From an uncultured delta proteobacterium (GTDB taxonomy: Bacteria > Desulfobacterota > Binatia > UBA9968), in contig CAVTUQ010000002.1 of NCBI GenBank assembly GCA_963737905.1, positions 576,001 to 640,000 of the forward strand: a stretch of DNA of 64,000 bases, written 5' to 3'. Below the pieces are notes generated by a model that ran no database searches, was not told the origin of the DNA, and saw nothing but the letters and a program-made list of their open reading frames with translations. This document shows, piece by piece, positions 17,395 through 28,116 of this stretch. A program made the position numbers and the translations under genes. Position 1 is the first letter of the stretch, and each line of letters starts with the position of its first letter.

Positions 17395-19242
17395 ATGGAA
17401 CCAGACGAAACGAAGAATGATCTCTCGAGAAGGGATCTCATCACGACAACAGCGACAGCGGAAGGTGCGACCGACTCCGCCGGCCCAGGAACAAGGAGAG
17501 CCGGAGCGACTAATCTCTCTCCGACTTGGGATTTGGTGGCGGATGTGGTGGTGGTAGGCGCGGGCGCGGCGGGATTGCCGGCAGCGATTAAGGCCGTTGA
17601 CGGGGGAGCGTCCGTCATCGTTGTTGAAGCGAATTACGATATCGGCGGGCACGCGATCATCAGCGGCGGCAATACGCCCCTGGGTGGCGGCACGAGCGCA
17701 CAGAGGAAGTACGGCATCGAAGACTCGCCGGACCTGGTTTTCCGCGATCTCACGGACTGGTCAGTTGTGCAACCCAACGGCTGGCCCGATTACCGTTACA
17801 ACGACCGTGCGGTGATGCGCGCTTTTGCCGATCATTCCGCCCTGACTTACGAGTTTCTGGTGGCGAACGGCGCGGACTTCAAGGATGTCCCCCCCGACAA
17901 TCAGGGCGGGCACAATTTGGGAAACTCTGCGCCGCGAGAGAATCATGCGGTCTGGACCAAAGGGGCGGGGCCGGAAAGTCCAAATGCGAGAGCGGGCACC
18001 GGTCTCATCAGGCCGCTCGAGGCGAGCGCCCGCGCAAAAGGCGTGCGATTCTTGCTCAACTATAAGATGGAAACCCTTATCCGCGAGCCCTCTTCGGAAC
18101 AAAAAGCGGGCCGAGTCATCGGGATCACGGCGCGGTACACGCCGAGGATCATGCCGGGCCAGACGACGCCGTTAAAGAGCTTTCGCTCCAATGGCAACAT
18201 TGAGACCACCCAACCAAGCGTCGCTATCCACGCGAAGAAAGCCGTGATCCTCGCTACCGGCGGCAGCACCGGCAACATTAACTTCCGCCGCATGTTCGAC
18301 CCCCGGTTGACTGAAGTACTCCAACTTGCGGGGGAACCGTATACGTTTCAAGACGGGAGCGGCGAGCTTGCCGCCATGGCTATCGGCGCCTCGCTCTGGG
18401 GCTTTGCGAACCAAATTCTTGAAAACGGTGATAACATTCGCACTCAGCGCGCGCTCGCTACGAAGTATAATTACATGACGTGGGCGCTTGAAGCCCCGAT
18501 TTTCCCCCTCGTCCGCGCCACCGGCTTGAACGTGAAGGATTGGCAAGATTTAATTCTGGTCAATCAAGTCGGGAAACGATTCTATGACGAGACCAAAGGG
18601 GATTACCCTCACGGCAACGTACACAACGAAATCAATCCCTATACGCCCAATGACTATCGCAATAACGAGAATATCAAATTCAATCCGACTAAATACAACT
18701 TTTTCAACGCCGCGGTGGCGATGAACGAGTACTCGGAACCACCCGATTATTCGTCTGGGCCCGTGTGGGCCGTATTCGACGCGGACGCGGTGGCACGAGA
18801 GAAGTGGAAAGTGACGCCCCCGTACGTCGATCCCGACGGTTATTTCTTTAGCGCGAAGACGCTTCCGGAGCTAGCCGCCGCGATCAAAAATCCATATCAA
18901 GCGAAGCCCATGAACGGTGCCGCCCTGCAAGCAGCGGTCGCCCGCTACAACTCTTTTGTGGACTCCGGCTCAGACTTGGATTTCGGCAAGCCCACGCCGA
19001 AGTACAAGATCCAGACGGCGCCGTTTTACGCCGCTTGGGCCACCCCACTCGTGCACGATAGCCGCGCCGGGCTCAGGATCAATGCGAAGTGCCAGGTGAT
19101 GGACATGAATGGGCAAGTCATACCGGGCCTCTACAGTGGGGGGGAATCCGCCGGGGGATTCAATCAACATGGCCTGGGTAGATGCACTACCCAGGGCTAC
19201 ATCGCCGGCAAAAACGCCGTCGCTGAACCAACAGAAGAGTAA
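17395..19242 (+). CDS. FAD-dependent oxidoreductase (flavocytochrome c/fumarate reductase flavoprotein family)
   Basis: DVVVVGAGAAG, AVILATGG, GLRINAKCQV..IPGLYSGGE. SRRDLI twin-Arg-like motif. Confidence 0.88.
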   Translation: MEPDETKNDLSRRDLITTTATAEGATDSAGPGTRRAGATNLSPTWDLVADVVVVGAGAAGLPAAIKAVDGGASVIVVEANYDIGGHAIISGGNTPLGGGTSAQRKYGIEDSPDLVFRDLTDWSVVQPNGWPDYRYNDRAVMRAFADHSALTYEFLVANGADFKDVPPDNQGGHNLGNSAPRENHAVWTKGAGPESPNARAGTGLIRPLEASARAKGVRFLLNYKMETLIREPSSEQKAGRVIGITARYTPRIMPGQTTPLKSFRSNGNIETTQPSVAIHAKKAVILATGGSTGNINFRRMFDPRLTEVLQLAGEPYTFQDGSGELAAMAIGASLWGFANQILENGDNIRTQRALATKYNYMTWALEAPIFPLVRATGLNVKDWQDLILVNQVGKRFYDETKGDYPHGNVHNEINPYTPNDYRNNENIKFNPTKYNFFNAAVAMNEYSEPPDYSSGPVWAVFDADAVAREKWKVTPPYVDPDGYFFSAKTLPELAAAIKNPYQAKPMNGAALQAAVARYNSFVDSGSDLDFGKPTPKYKIQTAPFYAAWATPLVHDSRAGLRINAKCQVMDMNGQVIPGLYSGGESAGGFNQHGLGRCTTQGYIAGKNAVAEPTEE

Positions 19243-19686
19243 AGGTTCGCCACGAACGGCTCCAGCGCGGAAAAGCCGGAGAGCGCCGCTTGCGTTTTTA
19301 GCGTTAATCCAAGTGCTCAGGCTTCCGCGGCCTACATCGATCTGTTTGCCGATTCTTCATACGCCGTAAACCAAATCGTCACAATGCAAAGCTATCTTGT
19401 CATGCGGTGTGTAGTCTTCTTACCATCGGGAAGACCTCTACCCCGGGGGCCGGATGGGTTGCCTCCTCTCCGGCCCCCGTCCCCCAATCTCACAGCCTTA
19501 AGGTCGGTTTGCGGCGATTTCTGTCCTTCCCAGAGCCCAATCAGTCATAAACCGCGTCCAAGGCGCGGCGCCGAAGCCACAACACCGCGGCTAACTAAAG
19601 AATCACAGGATTCTCATCCTGGGTTGACGGCTGTTTCGTTCTTTTGCTAAAGGAGGAGTAGATTCGTCATAAGAGGAGGGCCGGCC

Positions 19687-20187
19687 ATGGATTTTACGCT
19701 CGATACGTTTGCATCGCAGTGTCATAAGATTCTTAAAGAGGATCCCAGTCCCGCGGGACGGGCCAAAGTTAGCGATCTCGTGCAGGAGGTGCTCAAGGAT
19801 GACAAGTTCCTCAAGACCTATCTCAATGAGAACACGCCGGATCGTCAGGTGATTTATGAAGATCCGGAGCTCGGTTTCTGCATCTGCGCGCACATGAGCC
19901 ATGGCGCTAGGGAAGCTAACCCGCACGATCACGGCAGCTCCTGGGCGATCTATGGGCAGGCCATCGGAGAGACGGAAATGAGCGACTGGGAAGTTCTCGA
20001 ACCGGCCGCTGAAGGCAAGCCGGGACAAGTCCGGCGCGCGAGAGTCTATTCGCTCAAACCGGGAATGGCGCATATTTACAACGAGGGGGACGTGCACTCG
20101 CCCAAACGAGTAACCACGACCGGGCTCATTCGCATCGAAGGCAAGAATACGCAGAAGATGAAGCGTTTCGCCTATAAGGCTGTGTGA
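19687..20187 (+). CDS. Cupin-fold, cysteine-dioxygenase-like protein
   Basis: PHDHGSSWAIYG and GDVHSP His motifs. GAGGAGG RBS. Confidence 0.75.
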   Translation: MDFTLDTFASQCHKILKEDPSPAGRAKVSDLVQEVLKDDKFLKTYLNENTPDRQVIYEDPELGFCICAHMSHGAREANPHDHGSSWAIYGQAIGETEMSDWEVLEPAAEGKPGQVRRARVYSLKPGMAHIYNEGDVHSPKRVTTTGLIRIEGKNTQKMKRFAYKAV

Positions 20188-20452
20188 CGCAATTCTCACT
20201 GCACGAGCAATCTCAACTTCTAGCGACACCTTCCCCGATCCCGATGTTCCGCCCCGGAAGTGGGCGCAGCTAGTTTCGCGTCTTGAGTTAACCTGAACCT
20301 CAAAAGCCAAGGCGGCGCAAGCCATGGCTTTGCCGGTCTCCTACCAGGGCTGAACGGCTGCGCTGATTTTCACGCGCGCCGAAGATCTGTGAAAAACAGG
20401 GGCAGGGCCCGGATCTTGTCGTCCAAGAGTCCAAAGTAAAAGCTCAAGGCTT

Positions 20453-21643
20453 ATGGAGGATGTCCAAACGTTGGTTACGCGGGAGTACGAGGGGTACGTT
20501 TACGTGCAAGAGCGATCCGCGATGGACAAGCTGATCCAGCGGATCGCCGCGGCCGAAGGGATTGCACTGGACACCGAGGCCGACAGTCTGCACAACTATT
20601 TCGAAAAAGTCTGTTTGATCCAGCTCTCGCTCGGGGGCGAGCATTATCTCGTCGACACTCTGTGTGACTTGGACCTGATCGGATTCTCGGAAGCCCTAGC
20701 CGAGAAGCCGTTGATTCTCCACGGCGGCGATTACGACCTGCGTATGATGCGAGCTGCGATGGGCTTCAGACCGCGCTGTGACGTTTTCGACACCATGATT
20801 GCGGCGCAATTGCTGGGCATCGAACAGATCGGGCTGGCCGCTCTCATCGAACGATATTTTTATGTCACGATCGGAAAAGAAGGGCAGAAATCGGATTGGT
20901 CGCGCCGGCCGCTGAGCGACAAACAACTGCGCTACGCGGTCAATGACACACGCTTTCTCGCACCGCTCGCCGACCGAATGCGGGACGAGCTCGCTGGACG
21001 GAAGCGGGTCGATTGGCACAGGGAAAGTTGCCGGGCCATGGTGGAGACGACCGGCCGCGATGATGCACGTGACCCCGCAAATGCGTGGCGGATCAAGGGA
21101 GCTGGACGGCTGACCCGCCGCCAACTGGCCTATTTGCGCGAACTCTGGCGCTGGCGTGATCAGCACGCCCGCCGCGCGGATCTGCCGGCCTTCAGAATCT
21201 TGGGCAATCAAGAGATCCTCGGCTTGGTCCAATGGGTGGAGTCTCATCCCGGGGCGCCGCTGCACCAAGCACCTAAGTTGCCACGCAACATCGTCGGCGC
21301 GCGGCTGGCGGCGCTCGAGGAGGCGATCGCGCGGGCAGCACGCATGGACGAGACCGATTGGCCGGAGCCGAGAAGGCGCGACCAGGACGTTTCACGCAAC
21401 GACCGCATCGAGGAGATCAATTCGCTGCGCGCCGAGTGCGCGCAGATCGCTCGGGAGCTGGAGATCGCCGCTTCGACTTTGGCGCCCAGAGCGGCGCTCG
21501 AAGCAATCGCCCGGAACCGGCCGCGCACCGTCGATGCGATCATGAAAACCGGCGGCTTATTGTGCTGGCAGGCCGAACTGGTGCAAGGCGCGGTGGAAAA
21601 ATGTTTATATTCGACACGTTTGTCTCAAGGCAATCCGTCCTAG
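20453..21643 (+). CDS. rnd: Ribonuclease D (3'-5' exonuclease plus HRDC)
   Basis: IALDTEADS, VCLIQLS, FDTMIAAQLLG, SDWSRRPLS..QLRYAVND. Confidence 0.92.
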   Translation: MEDVQTLVTREYEGYVYVQERSAMDKLIQRIAAAEGIALDTEADSLHNYFEKVCLIQLSLGGEHYLVDTLCDLDLIGFSEALAEKPLILHGGDYDLRMMRAAMGFRPRCDVFDTMIAAQLLGIEQIGLAALIERYFYVTIGKEGQKSDWSRRPLSDKQLRYAVNDTRFLAPLADRMRDELAGRKRVDWHRESCRAMVETTGRDDARDPANAWRIKGAGRLTRRQLAYLRELWRWRDQHARRADLPAFRILGNQEILGLVQWVESHPGAPLHQAPKLPRNIVGARLAALEEAIARAARMDETDWPEPRRRDQDVSRNDRIEEINSLRAECAQIARELEIAASTLAPRAALEAIARNRPRTVDAIMKTGGLLCWQAELVQGAVEKCLYSTRLSQGNPS

Positions 21644-21659
21644 GTGCACTGTAGCGCGT

Positions 21660-22109
21660 ATGGATCGTCTGACGCCGAGAACTATTCGCCTGATCGGGCG
21701 ACTTCACGCGTGGTTATGGAAGCTAACCGGCGGAAAAATAGGCAATGCAGTCGGAAGATCGCCTTTCATGATGCTGACTACGACGGGCCGCAAAACAGGG
21801 CGAGAGAGAATAACACCGGTTCTCTATCTCCAATATGGAGCCGATCTGATTGTTGTTGCGTCCTTTGGAGGCAACGATATGCATCCGGCATGGTATCTTA
21901 ATCTCGAGCGCTGTCCGGAAGCCGAAGTCACAATAAACGGAGACCGTCGGCGGCTTTTCGCAAGTAGGATCTCTCCGGAAGAGAAAGGACTTATCTGGCC
22001 GCGATTGATAGAGATGTACCCTAATTTCGGTATGTATCAACAACGAACCCGGCGCGAAATACCATTGTTGCGGCTATCCGACCGAGCCAAACGGGACCAA
22101 GCCCTCTGA
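21660..22109 (+). CDS. Deazaflavin (F420)-dependent nitroreductase family protein
   Basis: LTTTGRKTG, VVASFGG..HPAWYLNL, YQQRTRREIPL. Confidence 0.9.
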   Translation: MDRLTPRTIRLIGRLHAWLWKLTGGKIGNAVGRSPFMMLTTTGRKTGRERITPVLYLQYGADLIVVASFGGNDMHPAWYLNLERCPEAEVTINGDRRRLFASRISPEEKGLIWPRLIEMYPNFGMYQQRTRREIPLLRLSDRAKRDQAL

Positions 22110-22588
22110 TTCTTTACCCGGCCCGGAAGCTATATCTCCACAAAAACTGTGGACAGACCTGTTGGTAAGTTGTTCAGTTACCCGGTAATGCCAGTCGTCC
22201 AAAGCATACATTAACCGGATTGCCTAATTATTCCACAGTAAAAGTCTAATACAATCAATAAATTACTACTTTATTAACTTTCTGGTGCCCAAGTCCATAT
22301 GACAAGGCATGATAAGTTTCATCTCCAAGGTAATTTGTCGGTTTCAGAAAGTTTTAGGTAATCTATGGAGTTCTGTCATAATTCCAGGACCGATCTGGTG
22401 AGTTGTATGACAGAATTTGGAGAGGTAAGCTGGGATGATGGCGGTATACCTTGCCCGATCCTGTCCAATGTGCCGAAATTACTTCGGCATCGTTATTGGG
22501 GAACCGAAAAGCGAAAACAACGTCCAACCCATACGCGGCTGTTGCGCTAAGTGTGGATACGAAGTCAACTGGGCGCTCCTCCCAGGGT

Positions 22589-22795
22589 ATGGCTCAATCA
22601 GCCATCGATAAGATCCCGCCAGGTCCAAAGCTCGACGCATTAGCGGCAGAAAAAATCTTTGGTTGGAGAAACGTCCACCAGCATAATGACAGAGGTGGAC
22701 TATACGGAAAAAGGCAAGATAAGGTCGGACACTGGCGACTGGCCAAGGTGCCGAACTATTCGACGAACCCGTCGACGCTCATCCAGAACAAATGA
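22589..22795 (+). pseudogene. Phage ABA-sandwich-like small protein, truncated
   Basis: PGPKLDALAAEKIFGW...VPNYSTN resembles this family; the C-terminal half is disrupted. Confidence 0.5.
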
Positions 22796-22887
22796 AACAG
22801 TTCGGACGGTTGGATCGATACCAAAAAGAACTCTTCATGGAGATAAAACCGGCCTATGTTGTTTGAGAATTTCCGGAGATCACAGTC

Positions 22888-23703
22888 ATGAATGAACATA
22901 TGCCGTCCGTATTTATTGGCTCTTCCACCGAAGGACTCGATGTAGCTCGGGAAGTCGAATTGCAGTTGCAGCGCGATGCAATCACCACCATATGGAAAGA
23001 TGGCGTGTTCGGTCTCGGCAGCGGTACGTTAGAATCGCTTATGAAAGTGCTGGAGCAATTCGATTTCGCGGTAATGGTGTTGTCGCCGGACGACTTGATC
23101 GAGAGCCGTAGCCAGAGCTATGCCTCGCCGAGGGACAATGTGATTTTTGAATTGGGCCTTTTCATGGGCAGGCTGGGACGCAGTCGGGTTTTCATCGTCC
23201 ATGAGCAAGACGCGAATCTCAAACTGCCGTCTGACCTTACGGGTATCGCAGTGTCACCGTATCGTAAACGCGACAATCTGTCGGCGGCTCTCTCACCAAC
23301 ATCCACGCCGATCATAAAGGCGATTCGGGCCCTTGGGTTTTCGGAACAGCGGACCCAGCAGCAAATCCGCCAACTCCAAGGCCGTCAGGAAACAACTGAA
23401 TCTCGAATACGGACGATACAAATCGTTATCAAGGGGCTTGTCACCGAGTTTGAGTATGAGAAATTGTGTGGACTCGCGGCTGATCTTGCTTTCATGGTGC
23501 AGTTTCACAACTCTATGGTCGCAGAGCTCAATCGCCTGGATGCGATCCGATATATTCGGCCACAACCAGGATACGGGATTGAGTCCGTCCGAGAACGAGA
23601 TGGAACAGACAAGAAGTTTGATCTCAAGCAGTACGTCAAAATCACAGGTGATGGCCTGGAGTACCTCAGCTTGCGCCGCGAGTTGCTCGCGTCTCCCACG
23701 TAG
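22888..23703 (+). CDS. Cap12/Pycsar-type TIR-like domain protein with coiled coil and unrecognised C-terminal domain
   Basis: VFIGSSTEGL, FDFAVMVLSPDD, PRDNVIFELGLFMGRLG (catalytic Glu retained), LKLPSDLTGI. Confidence 0.88.
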   Translation: MNEHMPSVFIGSSTEGLDVAREVELQLQRDAITTIWKDGVFGLGSGTLESLMKVLEQFDFAVMVLSPDDLIESRSQSYASPRDNVIFELGLFMGRLGRSRVFIVHEQDANLKLPSDLTGIAVSPYRKRDNLSAALSPTSTPIIKAIRALGFSEQRTQQQIRQLQGRQETTESRIRTIQIVIKGLVTEFEYEKLCGLAADLAFMVQFHNSMVAELNRLDAIRYIRPQPGYGIESVRERDGTDKKFDLKQYVKITGDGLEYLSLRRELLASPT

Positions 23704-23741
23704 GCTAGTTCTCGTTCATCGTCAGACGAGTTCTTAGGCTT

Positions 23742-23921
23742 TTCATCAAAACCCGCCCGCAAAGACAGTTTACCGTCAAGCGCGAGATGCTGCGGCGGAT
23801 CAAACGCAAATTCGACGAACTGGGCATCGAGATCCCATTTCCGCACCGCACTGTATACCATCGGTCGGGCGACAACTCGTCGGTTGATCGGAACGACGGG
23901 GTAAGAGATTACCGCGGATAA
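23742..23921 (+). pseudogene. MscS mechanosensitive channel C-terminal remnant
   Basis: FIKTRPQRQFTVKREMLRRIKRKFDELGIEIPFPHRTVY...*. Confidence 0.8.
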
Positions 23922-23932
23922 TGATGCTAGCG

Positions 23933-25255
23933 CACGGCCGTCCGGACGTTGAGCAGTTGGAGAGCGGCAATTGGTTGATTCGAAATAGATAATTCATGAT
24001 TTTTCTTGGTCTCGATTTGAACTGCGCCTCATTGATTTGCGATCCTGCGAGGAACTCACTCGTAGGAGGCATTGATGAACTTGGGCAAACTAGTGTTCGC
24101 GCAAGTCACGCAGCATTTGCCGCTGACCACGTTTCGCCGTTGCGTGACGCGCTATGGCGGAGCGCACAAGGTCAAGAGCTTTTCCTGTCTCGACCAATAT
24201 CTCTGCATGGCATTCGCTCAACTGACCTATCGAGACAGTTTGCGCGACATCGAAGCCTGCCTGCGCGCACAAGCGGGCAAGCTCTACCACATGGGCATCA
24301 AGAGCCGGGTTTCGCGCAGTACTCTGGCCGATGCCAACGAGAATCGCGACTGGCGCATCTACGCGGACTTTGCCCAATCGCTCATTGCCATCGCCCGTCG
24401 TCTTTATGCCGCAGAGCCGTTTGGTGTCGACCTCAAAGACACGGTCTATGCTCTGGATGCCAGCACCATCGACCTGTGCCTGTCGGTATTTGCGTGGGCT
24501 CCGTTTCGTTCGACCAAGGCGGCCATCAAATTGCACACGCTCTTGGACCTGCGTGGCAACATTCCTTCCTTTCTCCACATCAGCGATGGCAAATTGCACG
24601 ACGTCAACGTTCTGGATCTGCTGTTGCCCGAGCCCGGCGCTTTCTACATCATGGACCGAGGATACATCGATTTCGAACGACTTTATCGGCTGCACGAGGC
24701 GAAAAGCTTCTTTGTGACCCGCCAAATCCAACCTCAAAGCCCAGCGTCGTTATTCGCATCCGGTCGATCGAAGCACGGGCTTGATTTGCGATCAGACCAT
24801 CGTGCTCACCGGCTTCTACTCCCGTCAGAACTTCGACACCCCGCTGCGTCGCGTCCGATTCAAAGACCCCACAACCGGCAAGCGGTTGGTCTTCCTCACC
24901 AACAATTTCACCTTGCCAGCATTCACCATCACCGAGCTTTATCGCTGCCGGTGGCAAGTCGAGTTGTTTTTCAAATGGATCAAGCAGCATCTTCGTATCA
25001 AAGTCTTCTTCGGTACCTCCGAGAACGCCGTCAAAACCCAAATCTGGATTGCAGTCTCGGTTTACGTGCTCGTCGCCATCGTCAAAAAGCGACTCAACCT
25101 CTCGGCGAGCTTGTATGAAATGTTACAGATCTTGAGCCTGACCATGTTCGAACGAATTCCGTTAGATCAACTACTTAACAAATTCATCACTGATGACATT
25201 CAGGCTTTTTCACCTAATCAACTAAATTTGTTCAATTAACACCCGGACGCTAATG
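23933..25255 (+). mobile_element. IS4-family insertion sequence (1323 bp) with 9-bp target duplication ATGCTAGCG
   Basis: Imperfect IRs CACGGCCGTCCGGACGTTGA / CATTAGCGTCCGGGTGTTAA. Direct repeats at 23924-23932 and 25256-25264. Confidence 0.9.
24075..25239 (+). pseudogene. IS4 transposase (DUF4372 + DDE), frameshift near 24720
   Basis: MNLGKLVF, YALDASTIDL, YIMDRGYIDF, YRCRWQVELFFKWIKQHL. Two bases are missing from the expected VTRAKSN. Confidence 0.9.
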
Positions 25256-25438
25256 ATGCTAGCGATATAATAGATGTGCGTTTCAGGCCCCGCGGAGGTA
25301 CGGGTTGGTAAGGTCGCCGGACCTAGTCCTCGCGTCGCTCCCGACAAAGCCGCAGCCACGCCTTCACGGCCCAGCGCCGAGAATGGCCAAATCACATCGC
25401 ATCATAATAAATATGTTCGCACTTTCAGGCGAGCGGCC

Positions 25439-28006
25439 CTACGTCGTACGTTTTGGGTCGTTGGTCGGCATTGTTTCGGGGACTGGCGCAGGTTCGATTC
25501 CAAGCTGGGCGGCGGCAAGCGCAGCGGCTTCGGCCTGGGCTCGTGCGTCTGCTGACTCTTGAGCGGCTCTGCTCGCAATCGCTTCTGCCTCACGAAGGGC
25601 TGCTTCGGCTTCGGTCGCCTCGCCTGCGGTCTTCGCGGACTCCAGCTCGCGCAGCTTTTTTTGTGCTGCTTCCGCCAACCCTAACGCTTCCCGTTCCGCC
25701 TCCAGTGCTTGCGTCTCCGCCTCCTTGGCGGCGTCCAGCGCAACCGTGATCTCCGCTAATTTTCCCTCGTCCGGCCCAGCACTCAGATCAATATCCTCGG
25801 TTGCCAGAGTGAGCGCTACGATCGGTAGCCGTTTGACCAAAGTGTTTAGGCCCACTTGATCTCCCAGCGGCGTTAGCAGATGTAACTCTCGGAAGCGCAG
25901 CGGAAAGAAAACCAGGCCAGCCGCTTCGGAATGCTTTACCACCCGATCCGCATTCACATCAAAAACCACTTCCGGCTCCGCATCGATGCGAACGTCCTGC
26001 AGCACATGCCGAACTCGCTCGAGACTTTTTTCTTCGGCTTCCCTCGAGCTGGGAACTAGAACCTTAATTTTCGCTCCACTCCATCGCTCGCTGCGCGTCA
26101 TTAAGTAGGCAAGAAGAAGCATCAGATGACTCGTCCGGTCTCCCCACCACCAGATGTCTATTCTGAGATCCGAAGCCGGCAAGCCCTCCACGCGTGACCA
26201 TTCCTCTTCCTCAGCGTCGAAAACAACAACATTGCAGCGTAACCGAATCGCCTCTTGAAGTTCGCGCCCATAACGAATTCGCGCTTCGTTTTCTTCCAGC
26301 TCGAGAATCTGATCCACACGGTTTAGCAAAACCATGTTGGCCCGGATGTTGCCAACACCAAAGGACTGGATCAGAGTCTCAACGCCGACGCGGAAATCGG
26401 GCGCAACGACGACGCGAGAAAACACCTCCAGCTCACTCTCGGCAATATAGCCCCTTAGCTCATCGTCGGTTTTCGCGCGAAGGAGGAAGCTTTTCTCATC
26501 GTCCCCTTCGATAACCTTGACGGCGGTGGTAAGCCCGCTGCCTCCTTCGATCCACGACGCGAACCTCAAAAGCCGCTCGCACCGAGATGGATCGTCGCAG
26601 AAAGCAAGAATACACGGACGCCAATCGCGGGGATGCTCCGTCTCGGGCCCGATCGCGACGAGATTTTCACGCACGAGCTGAAAATAATAGGATCGCCGGC
26701 TATCCGCCCAGCGAGCCGGTCCGGCTGTGCGCCTGAGATACTGATGAATCGCGAAGAGCACTGCGACCGCGACCCCGCTGGCCGGCGGATCGATAGCGAT
26801 CATGGCTCCCAGAGCACCGAGCGCTCCGAGGAGACTCAAGCGCGCATGAAAGAAGCGAAAGCGCGGGCGGAAAGACGGGCTTGCCGCCCGCGCTTCGTAA
26901 AACGTCGCATAGTTCAGCAAGGCGTAGGTGATCAAAAAAAACATCGAAACCACTGAGGCAATGAAATTCAAATTCCCCAAGGAAATAGTCACCATCGCGA
27001 TCGCTCCGGAAAGCAGCACCGCACGCCTCGGATTTGCGTTTGGACCTACCCCATGAGCAAAAGGCATGAGCAGCGGAAAGATCCGGTCCCGGGCCAGAGA
27101 TTGAAGAATCCGTGGCGCGCCGAGAAAAGAGGCCATCGCGGAGGACAACGTTCCTGCGATGAGACCGGCATCGATGAGCCAATCGAGTGTCGCTACCCGT
27201 TTCATTGAATGGTAATCGTTGACGAGAATGGAACCGGGGAGGCTCCCCGCAAACAAAACCGCCGCGCCGAAGTATACAAGCAACGACAACCCCACGGCGG
27301 CGAAAGTTCCCGCCGGCAGGCTCTTTCCCGGGTCTCTGAGATCACCGGACATATTGACTCCCTGAGTAAAGCCTGTAATGGCCGGAAAAAAAATCGCGAA
27401 CAGGACCCAAAACCCGAGATCCGGACCGGAGCCGTGCCAATTTCGGGCAAGGAGAGCGCTGTCCCAATGAAAAAAACCGCCATAAAAAAAGGACACGAGC
27501 GCCGCCCCGACGACGCTCATAATCAAAAACTGCAGACGCGTCGCCCAATCCGCTCCGAGCCAGGCAAAGATAAAGAGAAAGGCCACGGCGAGGCTGGCAA
27601 TGATCGGGCCTGACAACTTCCAGGCACCTGGCAGCATCGCATTAAGAGCTTCGGCAAAGCCGACGCTGTAAAATGCAATCGAGACCGAATCGGCGAGGAA
27701 CAAAACGATGCCGATGGCACCCCCAAATTCTACTCCGAGGGTGCGCGAGATCAGGTAGTAATCGCCGCCGCCTTTGACTTTGATATTGGTCGCCACGGCA
27801 GACAACGATATCGCGGTCAAGATCGCGATGGCGCCAGACAGCCCGATAATGAGCAAAGCGCGCCCCAGACCGGCGCTCCCGACCACAAAACCGAGGCGGA
27901 GAAACAGAATGATTCCCAGAATTGTGAGAATGCTCGGCGTAAATACGCCGGCAAAAGTACCAAGGCCATTATGAGATGTGGAGTTAGATGGATTTGGCAT
28001 GGCCAT
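25439..28006 (-). CDS. Amino-acid permease / SLC12-like cation-chloride cotransporter
   Basis: LGTFAGVFTPSILTILGIILFLR, GGGDYYLISRTLGVEFGGAIG, FFPAITG..GVNMSGDL, cytosolic HPRDWRP domain. Confidence 0.9.
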   Translation of the reverse strand: MAMPNPSNSTSHNGLGTFAGVFTPSILTILGIILFLRLGFVVGSAGLGRALLIIGLSGAIAILTAISLSAVATNIKVKGGGDYYLISRTLGVEFGGAIGIVLFLADSVSIAFYSVGFAEALNAMLPGAWKLSGPIIASLAVAFLFIFAWLGADWATRLQFLIMSVVGAALVSFFYGGFFHWDSALLARNWHGSGPDLGFWVLFAIFFPAITGFTQGVNMSGDLRDPGKSLPAGTFAAVGLSLLVYFGAAVLFAGSLPGSILVNDYHSMKRVATLDWLIDAGLIAGTLSSAMASFLGAPRILQSLARDRIFPLLMPFAHGVGPNANPRRAVLLSGAIAMVTISLGNLNFIASVVSMFFLITYALLNYATFYEARAASPSFRPRFRFFHARLSLLGALGALGAMIAIDPPASGVAVAVLFAIHQYLRRTAGPARWADSRRSYYFQLVRENLVAIGPETEHPRDWRPCILAFCDDPSRCERLLRFASWIEGGSGLTTAVKVIEGDDEKSFLLRAKTDDELRGYIAESELEVFSRVVVAPDFRVGVETLIQSFGVGNIRANMVLLNRVDQILELEENEARIRYGRELQEAIRLRCNVVVFDAEEEEWSRVEGLPASDLRIDIWWWGDRTSHLMLLLAYLMTRSERWSGAKIKVLVPSSREAEEKSLERVRHVLQDVRIDAEPEVVFDVNADRVVKHSEAAGLVFFPLRFRELHLLTPLGDQVGLNTLVKRLPIVALTLATEDIDLSAGPDEGKLAEITVALDAAKEAETQALEAEREALGLAEAAQKKLRELESAKTAGEATEAEAALREAEAIASRAAQESADARAQAEAAALAAAQLGIEPAPVPETMPTNDPKRTT

Positions 28007-28116
28007 CGACGGGCCCCTTCGGCTGAGAGTTCAAACAGCGCAATACTATCAAATCGAGCTGGCTACCAACTGGAGCGCAAAGATTCAAAAGGACAATCGA
28101 AATGGCAGATCTCGAA

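Noticed and set aside
22130-22330. AT-rich region with TCCACA/TGTGGA DnaA-box-like words as a replication origin
   Set aside because: No box matches TTATCCACA well and no dnaA, dnaN or rep gene is nearby.
22888-25255. Complete CBASS, Pycsar or Thoeris operon
   Set aside because: No cyclase, ThsA or ancillary gene is recognisable next to the TIR gene.
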